Source: Candidatus Binataceae bacterium (GTDB lineage: Bacteria > Desulfobacterota > Binatia > Binatales > Binataceae). Taken from it: DNA of 64,000 bases. This document shows, piece after piece, positions 54,919-63,217 of the stretch. Under the pieces are notes generated by a model. The model was not told the origin of the DNA and did no database searches. It was given only the letters and a program-made list of their open reading frames with translations. The position numbers and the translations under genes are program-made. Within the stretch, counting starts at the first letter, position 1. Each line of letters starts with the position of its first letter. The stretch lies in assembly GCA_015478645.1 (NCBI GenBank), contig JADMIL010000007.1, forward strand, positions 3,356-67,355, in the 5' to 3' direction.

Positions 54919-56391
54919 ATGCCGGACTACGACGTTATCGTGGTGGGTGCGGGCAACGCCGCGCTGGCGGCCAGCGTAGCCGCGCGCAATGCCGGTGCGG
55001 AGCGCGTCCTGGTGCTGGAAAAGGCGCCCGAGGCGATGCGCGGCGGCAATACGCATTACAGCGGCGGCCTGCTGCGCATCGCGTTCGACCGGGTCGACGA
55101 GATTTTGCACCTGGTGCCCAAGGCGCGCGAGCTGCCGGGCTTCGTCGAAGGGATCGAAGCCTACCCGCGCGACGCTTTCATGGCCGACCTCAAACGGATG
55201 ACGGCGAACCGCACCGATCCCGAGCTGGCGGAAATTCTGGTCGCCAATTCCTACGCGACCGCATCCTGGATGGCCGACCAAGGGATCCGCTTCGAGCCGG
55301 CGATCTCGCTCGGCGCGGTCCGCGTCGGCAACCTGATCAAATGGCCCAAGGGCGCGATTATCCGCGCCGTGCATGAGGGCGTGGGGCTCTCGCGGATGTG
55401 GTTCACGGCGGCCGAGCGCAAGGGCGTGACGATTCGCTACGGCGCCGCCGCGACGCGCCTGGTGCTCGACGGCGCGGGCCGCGTATGCGGTGTGGCGGTG
55501 CGCGACGCCACCGGCCTCCACGAAGTCGCGGGGCGCGCAATCGTGCTCGGCTGCGGCGGCTTCGAAGCCAACGCCGCGTGGCGCGCGCAATATCTCGGCC
55601 GCCCGTGGGACCATGCCAAGGTGCGCGGCACCCCGCATAACCAGGGTGACGGGCTGCGCATGGCGTGCGAGATCGGCGCGATGCCGTGGGGGCAATGGAG
55701 CGGATGCCACGCGACGCCGATCAATGCCGAGGCGCCGCCCTTCGGCGATCGCCAGCTCACCGACAAGACCAATCGCCTCTCGTATCCGTACGGCGTGATG
55801 ATCAACCGGGCGGGCCTGCGCTTCGTCGACGAGGGTGAGGACCAGGCGTTTTTCACCTACGCCAAGTTCGGCGGGATAATTCTCAACCAGCCCGGCGGCG
55901 TGGCGTATCAGATTTTCGATTCCAAGGTGCGCCATCTGCTCGAGCCGCGCTATGCGACCAGCGATCCGATCGCGGCGGCGAGCCTCGCCGAACTGGTCGA
56001 TCGGATCGACGTCGATCGCGAGGCTGCGCGGCGCACACTCGAGCAGTATAACGCGGCGGCCGGCGAGGGCTTGTTTAATCCGGGCGATCGCGACGGGCTG
56101 GCGACGCGCGGCCTGGCGCTGGGCAAATCCAACTGGGCGCAGCGGCTCGACACGCCGCCGTTCCTCGCGTGGCCGGTCACCGGCGGCATCACGTTCTCGT
56201 TCGGCGGCCTCAAGATCAACGATCGCGCGCAGGTCGTCGGCACCAACTGGGAGCCAATCGCGGGACTCTATACGTGCGGCGAGATGGTCGGCGGGCTGTT
56301 CCACAGCAACTATCCCGGCGGCTCGGGCCTGATGTCGGGAGCGGTCTTCGGCCGCATCGCGGGCGCCAGCGCGGCGCGCGACGGAAAATAG
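54919..56391 (+). CDS. TcuA-like FAD-dependent flavoprotein, second paralog
   Basis: The motif YDVIVVGAGNAALAASVAARNAGAERVLVLE. It is paralogous to the protein at 52311-53795. Confidence 0.8.
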   Translation: MPDYDVIVVGAGNAALAASVAARNAGAERVLVLEKAPEAMRGGNTHYSGGLLRIAFDRVDEILHLVPKARELPGFVEGIEAYPRDAFMADLKRMTANRTDPELAEILVANSYATASWMADQGIRFEPAISLGAVRVGNLIKWPKGAIIRAVHEGVGLSRMWFTAAERKGVTIRYGAAATRLVLDGAGRVCGVAVRDATGLHEVAGRAIVLGCGGFEANAAWRAQYLGRPWDHAKVRGTPHNQGDGLRMACEIGAMPWGQWSGCHATPINAEAPPFGDRQLTDKTNRLSYPYGVMINRAGLRFVDEGEDQAFFTYAKFGGIILNQPGGVAYQIFDSKVRHLLEPRYATSDPIAAASLAELVDRIDVDREAARRTLEQYNAAAGEGLFNPGDRDGLATRGLALGKSNWAQRLDTPPFLAWPVTGGITFSFGGLKINDRAQVVGTNWEPIAGLYTCGEMVGGLFHSNYPGGSGLMSGAVFGRIAGASAARDGK

Positions 56392-56407
56392 CGGGAGCAC
56401 TCGGGCG

Positions 56408-57601
56408 ATGCGGCAAGTCGGCTTGCGCGCGGTCTTCATGCGCGGCGGCACGAGCAAGGCGGTAATCTTCCGCGCCGCGGACTTGCCGCGCGATCGCGCG
56501 GATTGGACGCCAATCTTCCTCGGCGTGATCGGCAGCCCCGACCGCAACGGCCGCCAGCTTGACGGGATGGGCGGCGGGCTCTCGTCGCTCTCCAAAGTAT
56601 GCGTGGTCGGGCCGCCGAGCTGCGTGGACGCCGACGTCGATTACACCTTCGCGCAGGTCGCGATCGGCGACGCGGCGGTCGATTACAGCGGCAATTGCGG
56701 CAACATGTCGTCGGCGATCGGGCCGTTCGCGATCGATGAAGGAATCGTCGCGGCGGCGGCCGAAGGCGCGGCGACCGTGCGCATCCATAATACCAACACG
56801 CACAAGATCATCGTCGCGCGCTTTGCGGTCGCCGGCGGACGCGCCGCCGTCGATGGCGATTTCGTGCTGCCGGGCGTGGCTGGCACGGGCGCGCCAGTGC
56901 GCCTGGATTTTCTCGATCCGGGCGGCGCGGGCACCGGGCGGCTGCTGCCCACCGGCAATCCGTCCGATGAACTCGAAGTTCAGGTAAATCTACAAAATGG
57001 CACGACGGCGGCGGAACGCGTGACGGTCTCGATGGTCGATGCGGCGAATCCCTGCGTGTTCGTCGCGGCCGCGGCGCTCGGCGCGACCGGACTCGAGATG
57101 CCCGGCGAGCTCGAGGCGCGGCCCGAACTCCTGCGCCGGCTCGAGGCGATCCGGATTGCCGCGAGCCTGCGTATGGGAATCGCGCGCAGCGCCGCCGACG
57201 CGGCGCGCAAGCCCAGCATCCCCAAGGTCGCGATGGTCACCGGGCCGCGCGCCGCGACGACCCTGGCCGGCGATCGCCTCGCCGCGGACGACGCCGACCT
57301 GACCGTGCGCATGATCTCGATCGGCCAGCCGCATCGCGCGGTGCCGCTGACCGGCGCGATGTGCCTCGCGGTGGCGTCGCGGATCGATGGCAGCGTGGTC
57401 AATCGCCTCGCGCGGCGGCCCACCCCGCCCGCCGACGCGGTGCGGATTGCGCAGCCCTCGGGGCTGACCGTGGTCGGTGCGGCGGTGCGACCGATCGACG
57501 GTGGCTGGCACGCCGACCATGCGACGGTCTATCGGACCGCGCGCCGCCTGATGGAAGGAACGGTCTTCGTCCGCGCCGCCGCGTTCGCCGGCCTCGCATA
57601 A
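56408..57601 (+). CDS. PrpF-family isomerase (2-methylaconitate / 3-methylitaconate isomerase-like)
   Basis: The motifs VFMRGGTSKAVIF, GSPD..G.Q.DGMGGG and YSGNCGN are diagnostic of the PrpF/AcnD-accessory family. Confidence 0.8.
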   Translation: MRQVGLRAVFMRGGTSKAVIFRAADLPRDRADWTPIFLGVIGSPDRNGRQLDGMGGGLSSLSKVCVVGPPSCVDADVDYTFAQVAIGDAAVDYSGNCGNMSSAIGPFAIDEGIVAAAAEGAATVRIHNTNTHKIIVARFAVAGGRAAVDGDFVLPGVAGTGAPVRLDFLDPGGAGTGRLLPTGNPSDELEVQVNLQNGTTAAERVTVSMVDAANPCVFVAAAALGATGLEMPGELEARPELLRRLEAIRIAASLRMGIARSAADAARKPSIPKVAMVTGPRAATTLAGDRLAADDADLTVRMISIGQPHRAVPLTGAMCLAVASRIDGSVVNRLARRPTPPADAVRIAQPSGLTVVGAAVRPIDGGWHADHATVYRTARRLMEGTVFVRAAAFAGLA

Positions 57602-57814
57602 GCTGACCGCGTGACCCCGCAGCGATGCGGGATTCGGGCGGGCGGAACGGGCGCTGCGGACTGGCGGGTCCGGATTTGCTTGCATCGCGCGGCCCAGTTT
57701 GGGCAATCTCAAACCCTCATGGGGACGATTTTTCACAGCGCGGCGCGGACTGGCGGGTTTCACCTTCGAGCGGCGCGGGCAGTCGTGCCGGCCGGCCGCG
57801 CGGGCTAGATCGCG

Positions 57815-59395
57815 ATGGCCGCGGCACCTTCGCAAAACGCGTCGCCGCCGGAGCATGGGCCGGCCGCGGTCAACAAATGGTTGATCGCGGTCGCCGTGAT
57901 GCTCGCGACGATCATGGAGGTGCTCGACACCACCATCGCCAACGTCGCGCTGCTGCATATCCGCGGCAGCCTGTCGGCGGGCGTGGACGAGGCGGCGTGG
58001 GTGCTGACGTCGTACATCGTGGCCAACGCGATCGTGATCCCGCTGACCGGCTGGTGCGGCGCGTTCTTTGGCCGCAAGCGCTTCTTCACCTTCTCGATTC
58101 TGCTGTTCGTCACCAGCTCGCTGCTGGCCGGGGCGTCGCCCAACCTGCCGACGCTGATCTTCTTCCGCGTGCTCCAAGGGATCGGCGGTGGCGCGATGAT
58201 GCCAATGTCGCAGGCGATCCTGATGGAGACCTTTCCGCCCGAGCAGCAGGCGGTCGCGATGGCGGTGTGGGGCGTTGGCATGATGCTCGGGCCGGTGATG
58301 GGGCCGGTGCTCGGCGGATGGATCACCGACAACTACAGTTGGCGCTGGATCTTCTATATCAACGTGCCGATCGGACTGATCGCGGCGACCATGGTCGCGG
58401 TCTTCGTGCACGATCCGGATTACATCCGGCGCGGGATCAAGAAGATCGACTGGTGGGGCATCATCTTTCTGGCGATTGGCGTCGGGTTTATCCAGGTGAT
58501 GCTCGACAAGGGCGATCGGCTCGACTGGTTCAACTCCAAGCTGATCGTCGAGCTGACAGTCGTCGGCACCATCGGCGTGGCACTCTTTTTGATCCGCGAG
58601 ATGCGCACCCGGGAGCCGGTGGTCGATTTGCGAGTGCTCAACAATCGCACCTTCGCGGTCGGCACGGTCTTCACCACGATCGTGATGTTCGCGATGTACG
58701 GCACGTACGTGCTGATCCCGCTCTACTGCCAGCAAATCGCCGGTTACACGCCGCTGCAGGCGGGCTTCGTGCTGTCGATCCAGAGCTTCGGCACGTTCGC
58801 GTCGATCATGCTCGCCGGGCGCCTGTTCACGATGATGGATCCGCGCGTGCTGATCGCTGGCGGCTGCCTGATTGCGGGGTACGGCACGTGGGGGATGGCG
58901 AACTTCAATCCGCAGATCGATTTCTGGAATATCGCGATGCCCGGGATCTACCGCGGGATCGGCTCGGGCCTGATCTTCATCCCGATTACCACGCTGAGCC
59001 TGGGTGCCGTCTCGAACGAGGAGATGGGCAACGCGTCGGGGCTGTTCAACATGGTGCGGTCGGTGGGCGGCAGTATCGGGATTGCGATCCTGGTCGCGAT
59101 GGTCAGCCGGCATACGCAAATCCATCAGAGTTACCTGAGCGCGCGAATCGATCCGTTCCGCTTCCAGGAATGGAGCCATTCCAACCCCGGCATCACGGCC
59201 CAATACAACAGCTTCACCCTGCACGGGGCGGCGCCGTACCTGGGGATGATCTACCAGGAGGTGCAGCGCCAGGCGGCGATCCTGGCGTATGTCGACGACT
59301 TCCGGCTGATTTCCTATATTTTTCTGTTCCTGACGCCGCTCGCCTTTGTGATGCGGCGGCCGGCGAAGATGGGCGCCGCGCCGGCCGTGCATTGA
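57815..59395 (+). CDS. MFS transporter, DHA2 (EmrB/QacA) family, 14 TM
   Basis: N-terminal LIAVAVMLATIMEVLDTTIANVALLHI is typical of DHA2. Length 526 aa. Confidence 0.85.
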   Translation: MAAAPSQNASPPEHGPAAVNKWLIAVAVMLATIMEVLDTTIANVALLHIRGSLSAGVDEAAWVLTSYIVANAIVIPLTGWCGAFFGRKRFFTFSILLFVTSSLLAGASPNLPTLIFFRVLQGIGGGAMMPMSQAILMETFPPEQQAVAMAVWGVGMMLGPVMGPVLGGWITDNYSWRWIFYINVPIGLIAATMVAVFVHDPDYIRRGIKKIDWWGIIFLAIGVGFIQVMLDKGDRLDWFNSKLIVELTVVGTIGVALFLIREMRTREPVVDLRVLNNRTFAVGTVFTTIVMFAMYGTYVLIPLYCQQIAGYTPLQAGFVLSIQSFGTFASIMLAGRLFTMMDPRVLIAGGCLIAGYGTWGMANFNPQIDFWNIAMPGIYRGIGSGLIFIPITTLSLGAVSNEEMGNASGLFNMVRSVGGSIGIAILVAMVSRHTQIHQSYLSARIDPFRFQEWSHSNPGITAQYNSFTLHGAAPYLGMIYQEVQRQAAILAYVDDFRLISYIFLFLTPLAFVMRRPAKMGAAPAVH

Positions 59396-59646
59396 GCGGG
59401 CCGCAGCAGCCCGCGCCGTGGCCCGATCGGGTGAGCGTCGCGCGGCGGAATAGGCCAGCGTCGCGCAGCGCGTCCGGGAGTGCGTCGTGCCGCGAGATTG
59501 GCGCGGGATGGGTCGGGGCGAGCCTTGCTATGGTTCGCGCAGGATGGTACGCAAACGGCTCCCAGTGGGGGCAGGGCACGCGAGCGCGGTCGGGGGACGG
59601 CCTTGCGCCCGCTCTACACTTGGGATGAAGCGGAGAGTCTCGTCAA

Positions 59647-62073
59647 ATGGCGACTTCGAGCAGTAACGAGCCCTGGGGGCTGGGCAAGTACATTCTTCAG
59701 TATCGCGCGGCGATTGGCCTTACACTGATTGGCATCACGATCTTCATGGGCTATTGGGCGGCGAACGTGCGGATCGCGACCCGGTTCGAAAACTTCTTCC
59801 CGACCGGCCATCAAGACACCCTGCTGTATCATAAGTACCAGAATCAGTACGGCGGGGCGCAATCGCTCTATCTGCTGCTGAGGGTCAAGCACGGCGACAT
59901 CTTCAACTCGCAGACGCTGCACAAAATCCAGGACATCACGCGCGACGTCAATATACTGCCGGGCGTCGATCATAACGAAATCTTCTCGCTGGCTTCCTAT
60001 CGCGTTGCTTACAGCCACGCGATTCCGGGCGCGCTGATTTCGGACAACTACATGTATCCGAAGGTGCCCGACACGGCGGCCGGCGTCGAAGATCTGCGGC
60101 ACACCGTAATGGCGCATCGCGGTCCGGTCACGGGCCTGATTACCTACGACGACAAGGGTGCGCTGATTACCGCGACCTTTAACGAGCAGGGCCTCGACTA
60201 CAAGAAGCTGTTCGACGATATCCAGGGCATCATCAAAAAATACCAGGACGCCGACACGGAGATCTTCGTGGCGGGCCAGCCGGTCATCTCGGGCTGGGGC
60301 TATTACTACCTGACGCAGATCAAGGTGATTTTCCTCATCGCGATCACGCTGATGCTGATAATTCTCTATCTGAGCATCGGCGAACGCAGCAGTTGGTGGG
60401 CGCCCATCCTGACCGGCACCTTCTCGGCGATCTGGGGTCTCGGTTTCGTCAGCCTGATGGGCTACGACTTCGACCCGGTGATGCTGGTCATCCCGTTCAT
60501 CCTGACCGCGCGCGACTTGAGCCACGGGATCCAGTGGCAGGGGCGCTACTACGACGAGCTTGATCGGCTCGACGACAAGTTGCTGGCCTGCGCGACGACG
60601 ACCGATGTCATGCTGCCGCCGGGATTGCTCTCGATCCTGGCCGACATCGCGGGGATCATTTTCATCTCGTTCGGCGGGATCCCGGTGCTCAAGGAAATCG
60701 GCGTGGGCGGCGCGATGTGGCTGGCGGCCAGCCTCACGATGGTCTTCGTCTTCCAGCCGATCTTCATGAGCTATCTGCCGCGCCCGCGGATTCGCGAACG
60801 CAGTTGGCTGCGCCGGCGCCAGCTCAGCACGCGGCGGACGGTCTTCGGTTCGTTTGTCGACTGGGTGATCAGGATTCCGGTGACGCCGGGGGTCACGCGC
60901 ACTGCGCTGCTCGCCGGTGGCGCGCTGTTTATCGTCTTTGGCCTGGTATCGGGCCAGCGCGCGCGGATTGGCTATGAGACGCCGGGCACGCCGCTCTATC
61001 GGCAGGATTCCAAGGTCAACAAGGATATCGCGGTAATCGGCCAATACTTCCCGACCGACGTCGGGTGGGTGGTGATGTCGTCGCCGGACTATCCCGATCC
61101 GCAGTCCACGATCAGCCCGGCGGTGCTCCGGATGACCGACGATCTGGGCAACTATCTGGTGAGCCGGGGCGACGCGGTGGGCGTGATCTCGTTCGCCAAC
61201 GCCGGGATCATGCCGCTCAACATGATGTTCCACAACGGGTACCCGAAGTACCTGAGCATCCCGAACGGAACCGAGCTGGGCGGCAACCTGTGGTACATGT
61301 TCTGGGCGGGCACCGCGCCGGGCGAAATGGAGCGCTTCTTTGCCCATTCGCCGAAGATGACCAACGCGTGCATCCGCGTGTTGCTGCCGGATCATACCTA
61401 CTCGCGGCTCAACAAGGTGCGGGCCGATATCCAGCAATTCATCAACGAGCGGGTGAATACCGATCCCGCCCTGGCCAAGGTGAAACTGACCTACTTCGGT
61501 GGTGAAGCGGGCCTGTACCTGGCGGCCAACGACGTGCTCTACCGGCTGGATTTCATCAACCTGACGTTCGTGCTGCTGGTGATCTTTCTTTGCTGCGCGT
61601 TTACCTTCTGGTCGCCGACCGCCGGCGCGCTGTTTATCATCTCGTGCGTGATGGCAAATTTCGGCGCCTTCGTTTACATGAATGCGCGCAATATCGGCCT
61701 GACTATCGATACCATCCCGGTGATCTCGCTGGGGATCGGGCTCGGCGTCGATTACGGGATATACGTAGTCGCGCGAATTCGCGACGAGGTGATGGGTGGC
61801 GCGACCCTCGAGGACGCGATCACGACCGCGCTGCGATCGACCGGCGCGTCGGTCTTCAGCACCTTCGCGGTGATGATTGGCGGGATCGTGCCGTGGGCCT
61901 TTTCACCGCTGCTGTTCCACAACGAGATGAGCGTGCTGCTGATCTTCCTGATGGGCACCAACATGGTCGCCGGTGTGCTGATTCTGCCGGCGTACATCGC
62001 ATGGCGCCGTCCGCGCTTTATCATGCGCTACGCCAATCCGCCCCGCGCGGGCGCGAGTGCCGCGGCACTCTGA
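59647..62073 (+). CDS. RND-superfamily / MMPL-family membrane transporter (HpnN-like architecture)
   Basis: An 808-aa protein with two six-TM bundles, each preceded by a large periplasmic loop. A ggagag RBS. Confidence 0.8.
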   Translation: MATSSSNEPWGLGKYILQYRAAIGLTLIGITIFMGYWAANVRIATRFENFFPTGHQDTLLYHKYQNQYGGAQSLYLLLRVKHGDIFNSQTLHKIQDITRDVNILPGVDHNEIFSLASYRVAYSHAIPGALISDNYMYPKVPDTAAGVEDLRHTVMAHRGPVTGLITYDDKGALITATFNEQGLDYKKLFDDIQGIIKKYQDADTEIFVAGQPVISGWGYYYLTQIKVIFLIAITLMLIILYLSIGERSSWWAPILTGTFSAIWGLGFVSLMGYDFDPVMLVIPFILTARDLSHGIQWQGRYYDELDRLDDKLLACATTTDVMLPPGLLSILADIAGIIFISFGGIPVLKEIGVGGAMWLAASLTMVFVFQPIFMSYLPRPRIRERSWLRRRQLSTRRTVFGSFVDWVIRIPVTPGVTRTALLAGGALFIVFGLVSGQRARIGYETPGTPLYRQDSKVNKDIAVIGQYFPTDVGWVVMSSPDYPDPQSTISPAVLRMTDDLGNYLVSRGDAVGVISFANAGIMPLNMMFHNGYPKYLSIPNGTELGGNLWYMFWAGTAPGEMERFFAHSPKMTNACIRVLLPDHTYSRLNKVRADIQQFINERVNTDPALAKVKLTYFGGEAGLYLAANDVLYRLDFINLTFVLLVIFLCCAFTFWSPTAGALFIISCVMANFGAFVYMNARNIGLTIDTIPVISLGIGLGVDYGIYVVARIRDEVMGGATLEDAITTALRSTGASVFSTFAVMIGGIVPWAFSPLLFHNEMSVLLIFLMGTNMVAGVLILPAYIAWRRPRFIMRYANPPRAGASAAAL

Positions 62074-62351
62074 TCGCCCGCTCGCAAGAGTCAGTAGCGG
62101 TCTTGGTCGTTGGTACGCCGTCAATCGCGGCCGGCGATGGGGGTCGCGTCGGTGGCGATGCGTATTGACGTTGAGTGGCGTTTATACGGGACAATTAGCT
62201 AACTTGGCGTAGTTGGAAGGGACTGCTAGATGGGCCGGTCGCCGGCGCATCGCGGGCCGCGCGGTTGCGACCGCGAAGCGACGGCTATATCCTGTCGCTA
62301 CGCACTTTTTCACGTCAGCAAGCTGATTTTCAGCCGGAACAACTGAGCGAG

Positions 62352-62657
62352 TTGACTACGCCTGCGACAATTTCGATCGATTCGGTCGTGGCGGTTGCCG
62401 CGGATCAGATCTCGTGCGATCTCGACGGCGAGACGGCGATCCTCAATCTCAAGAGCGGCACCTATTACGGGCTCGATCCGGTGGGCGCGACGGTCTGGAG
62501 TCTGCTCGCGACGCCAACCACCGTGCGCGCGATCGCGGATTTGATGATCGAACGTTACGAGGTCGACCGCGCGCGCTGCGAACGCGACCTGATCGAACTG
62601 CTCGGCAAGCTCGCGGAGCGCGGCCTGATCGAGGTGCGCGATGGGCGCGCCGGCTAA
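62352..62657 (+). CDS. PqqD-family RiPP recognition protein (lasso peptide biosynthesis B1)
   Basis: The pattern ISCDLDGETAILNLKSGTYYGLDPVGATVWSLL...TVRAIADLMIERYEVD...LIELLGKLAERGLIEV matches PqqD. A TTG at 62352 gives about 101 aa. A TTG at 62265 is the alternative. Confidence 0.7.
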   Translation: MTTPATISIDSVVAVAADQISCDLDGETAILNLKSGTYYGLDPVGATVWSLLATPTTVRAIADLMIERYEVDRARCERDLIELLGKLAERGLIEVRDGRAG

Positions 62658-63168
62658 GTTGCTTGCGCTCGGGTGGCGTGATCGCGGCCTGCTAATGGCG
62701 GCGTCATGCGCGCTGGCGGGGGCGTGGATCGGGCTGCGCACGGCGGGCTTCGATGCGACGCAGCGGGCCGCCGCGGGCGCGCACAGGAGCCACGCGTGGT
62801 GCGGTCCGCCACCGCGCCGGCGGCGCATGCCGCCGTCGGCGGAGCGAATCGCATGGGCGGTGCGCGCGGCCGGCGAGTATCTTGCGGGGGGCGGCAATTG
62901 CCTGGTGCGCGCCCTGGCAACCCAGGCCCTGCTCACCCGGTACGGCTACTCCGCGCAATTGCGCATTGGCGTGCGCAAGGCGGACGACGGCGGGCTGGCG
63001 GCGCATGCCTGGCTGGAAGCGGGCGGCGCGATCGTAATTGGCGATTTCGCAATGGACGAATACACCGCGCTCGTCGCGCCCAGCGCGCGGCAGTCTGCGC
63101 TGGAACAGACCCCGGTGAGCGGCGGCAATCCGCCAGGCGGCATCGACGACACCCGTGGGGATCGCTAG
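62641..63168 (+). CDS. Lasso peptide biosynthesis B2 protein (transglutaminase-like leader peptidase)
   Basis: The motif GGGNCLVRALATQALL...AHAWLEAGGAIVIGD matches the Cys/His/Asp core of B2 proteases. It overlaps the B1 3' end by 17 nt. Confidence 0.75.
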   Translation: MGAPAKLLALGWRDRGLLMAASCALAGAWIGLRTAGFDATQRAAAGAHRSHAWCGPPPRRRRMPPSAERIAWAVRAAGEYLAGGGNCLVRALATQALLTRYGYSAQLRIGVRKADDGGLAAHAWLEAGGAIVIGDFAMDEYTALVAPSARQSALEQTPVSGGNPPGGIDDTRGDR

Positions 63169-63217
63169 GCGCCGACCGCCGATGGCGACGATCGACGAGC
63201 CGGACGCGGCCTGACGC

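Noticed and set aside
56990-59392. An 800-aa minus-strand ORF, together with 53902-56595 (897 aa), 48116-50167 (683 aa), 39010-40761 (583 aa), 25759-27498 (579 aa), 9180-10874 (564 aa), 1591-2430 and many similar entries in the six-frame track.
   Set aside because: These are Arg/Ala/Gly/Pro-rich, low-complexity translations lying antisense to well-supported genes. They are typical open-frame artefacts of GC-rich DNA and show no motifs or RBS.
62137-62346. Two short ORFs (21 aa and 38 aa) considered as lasso precursor (A) candidates.
   Set aside because: They have no Thr at -2 with a G/A/S/C-initiated core carrying an acidic ring-closing residue at core position 7-9. I did not call them as genes.
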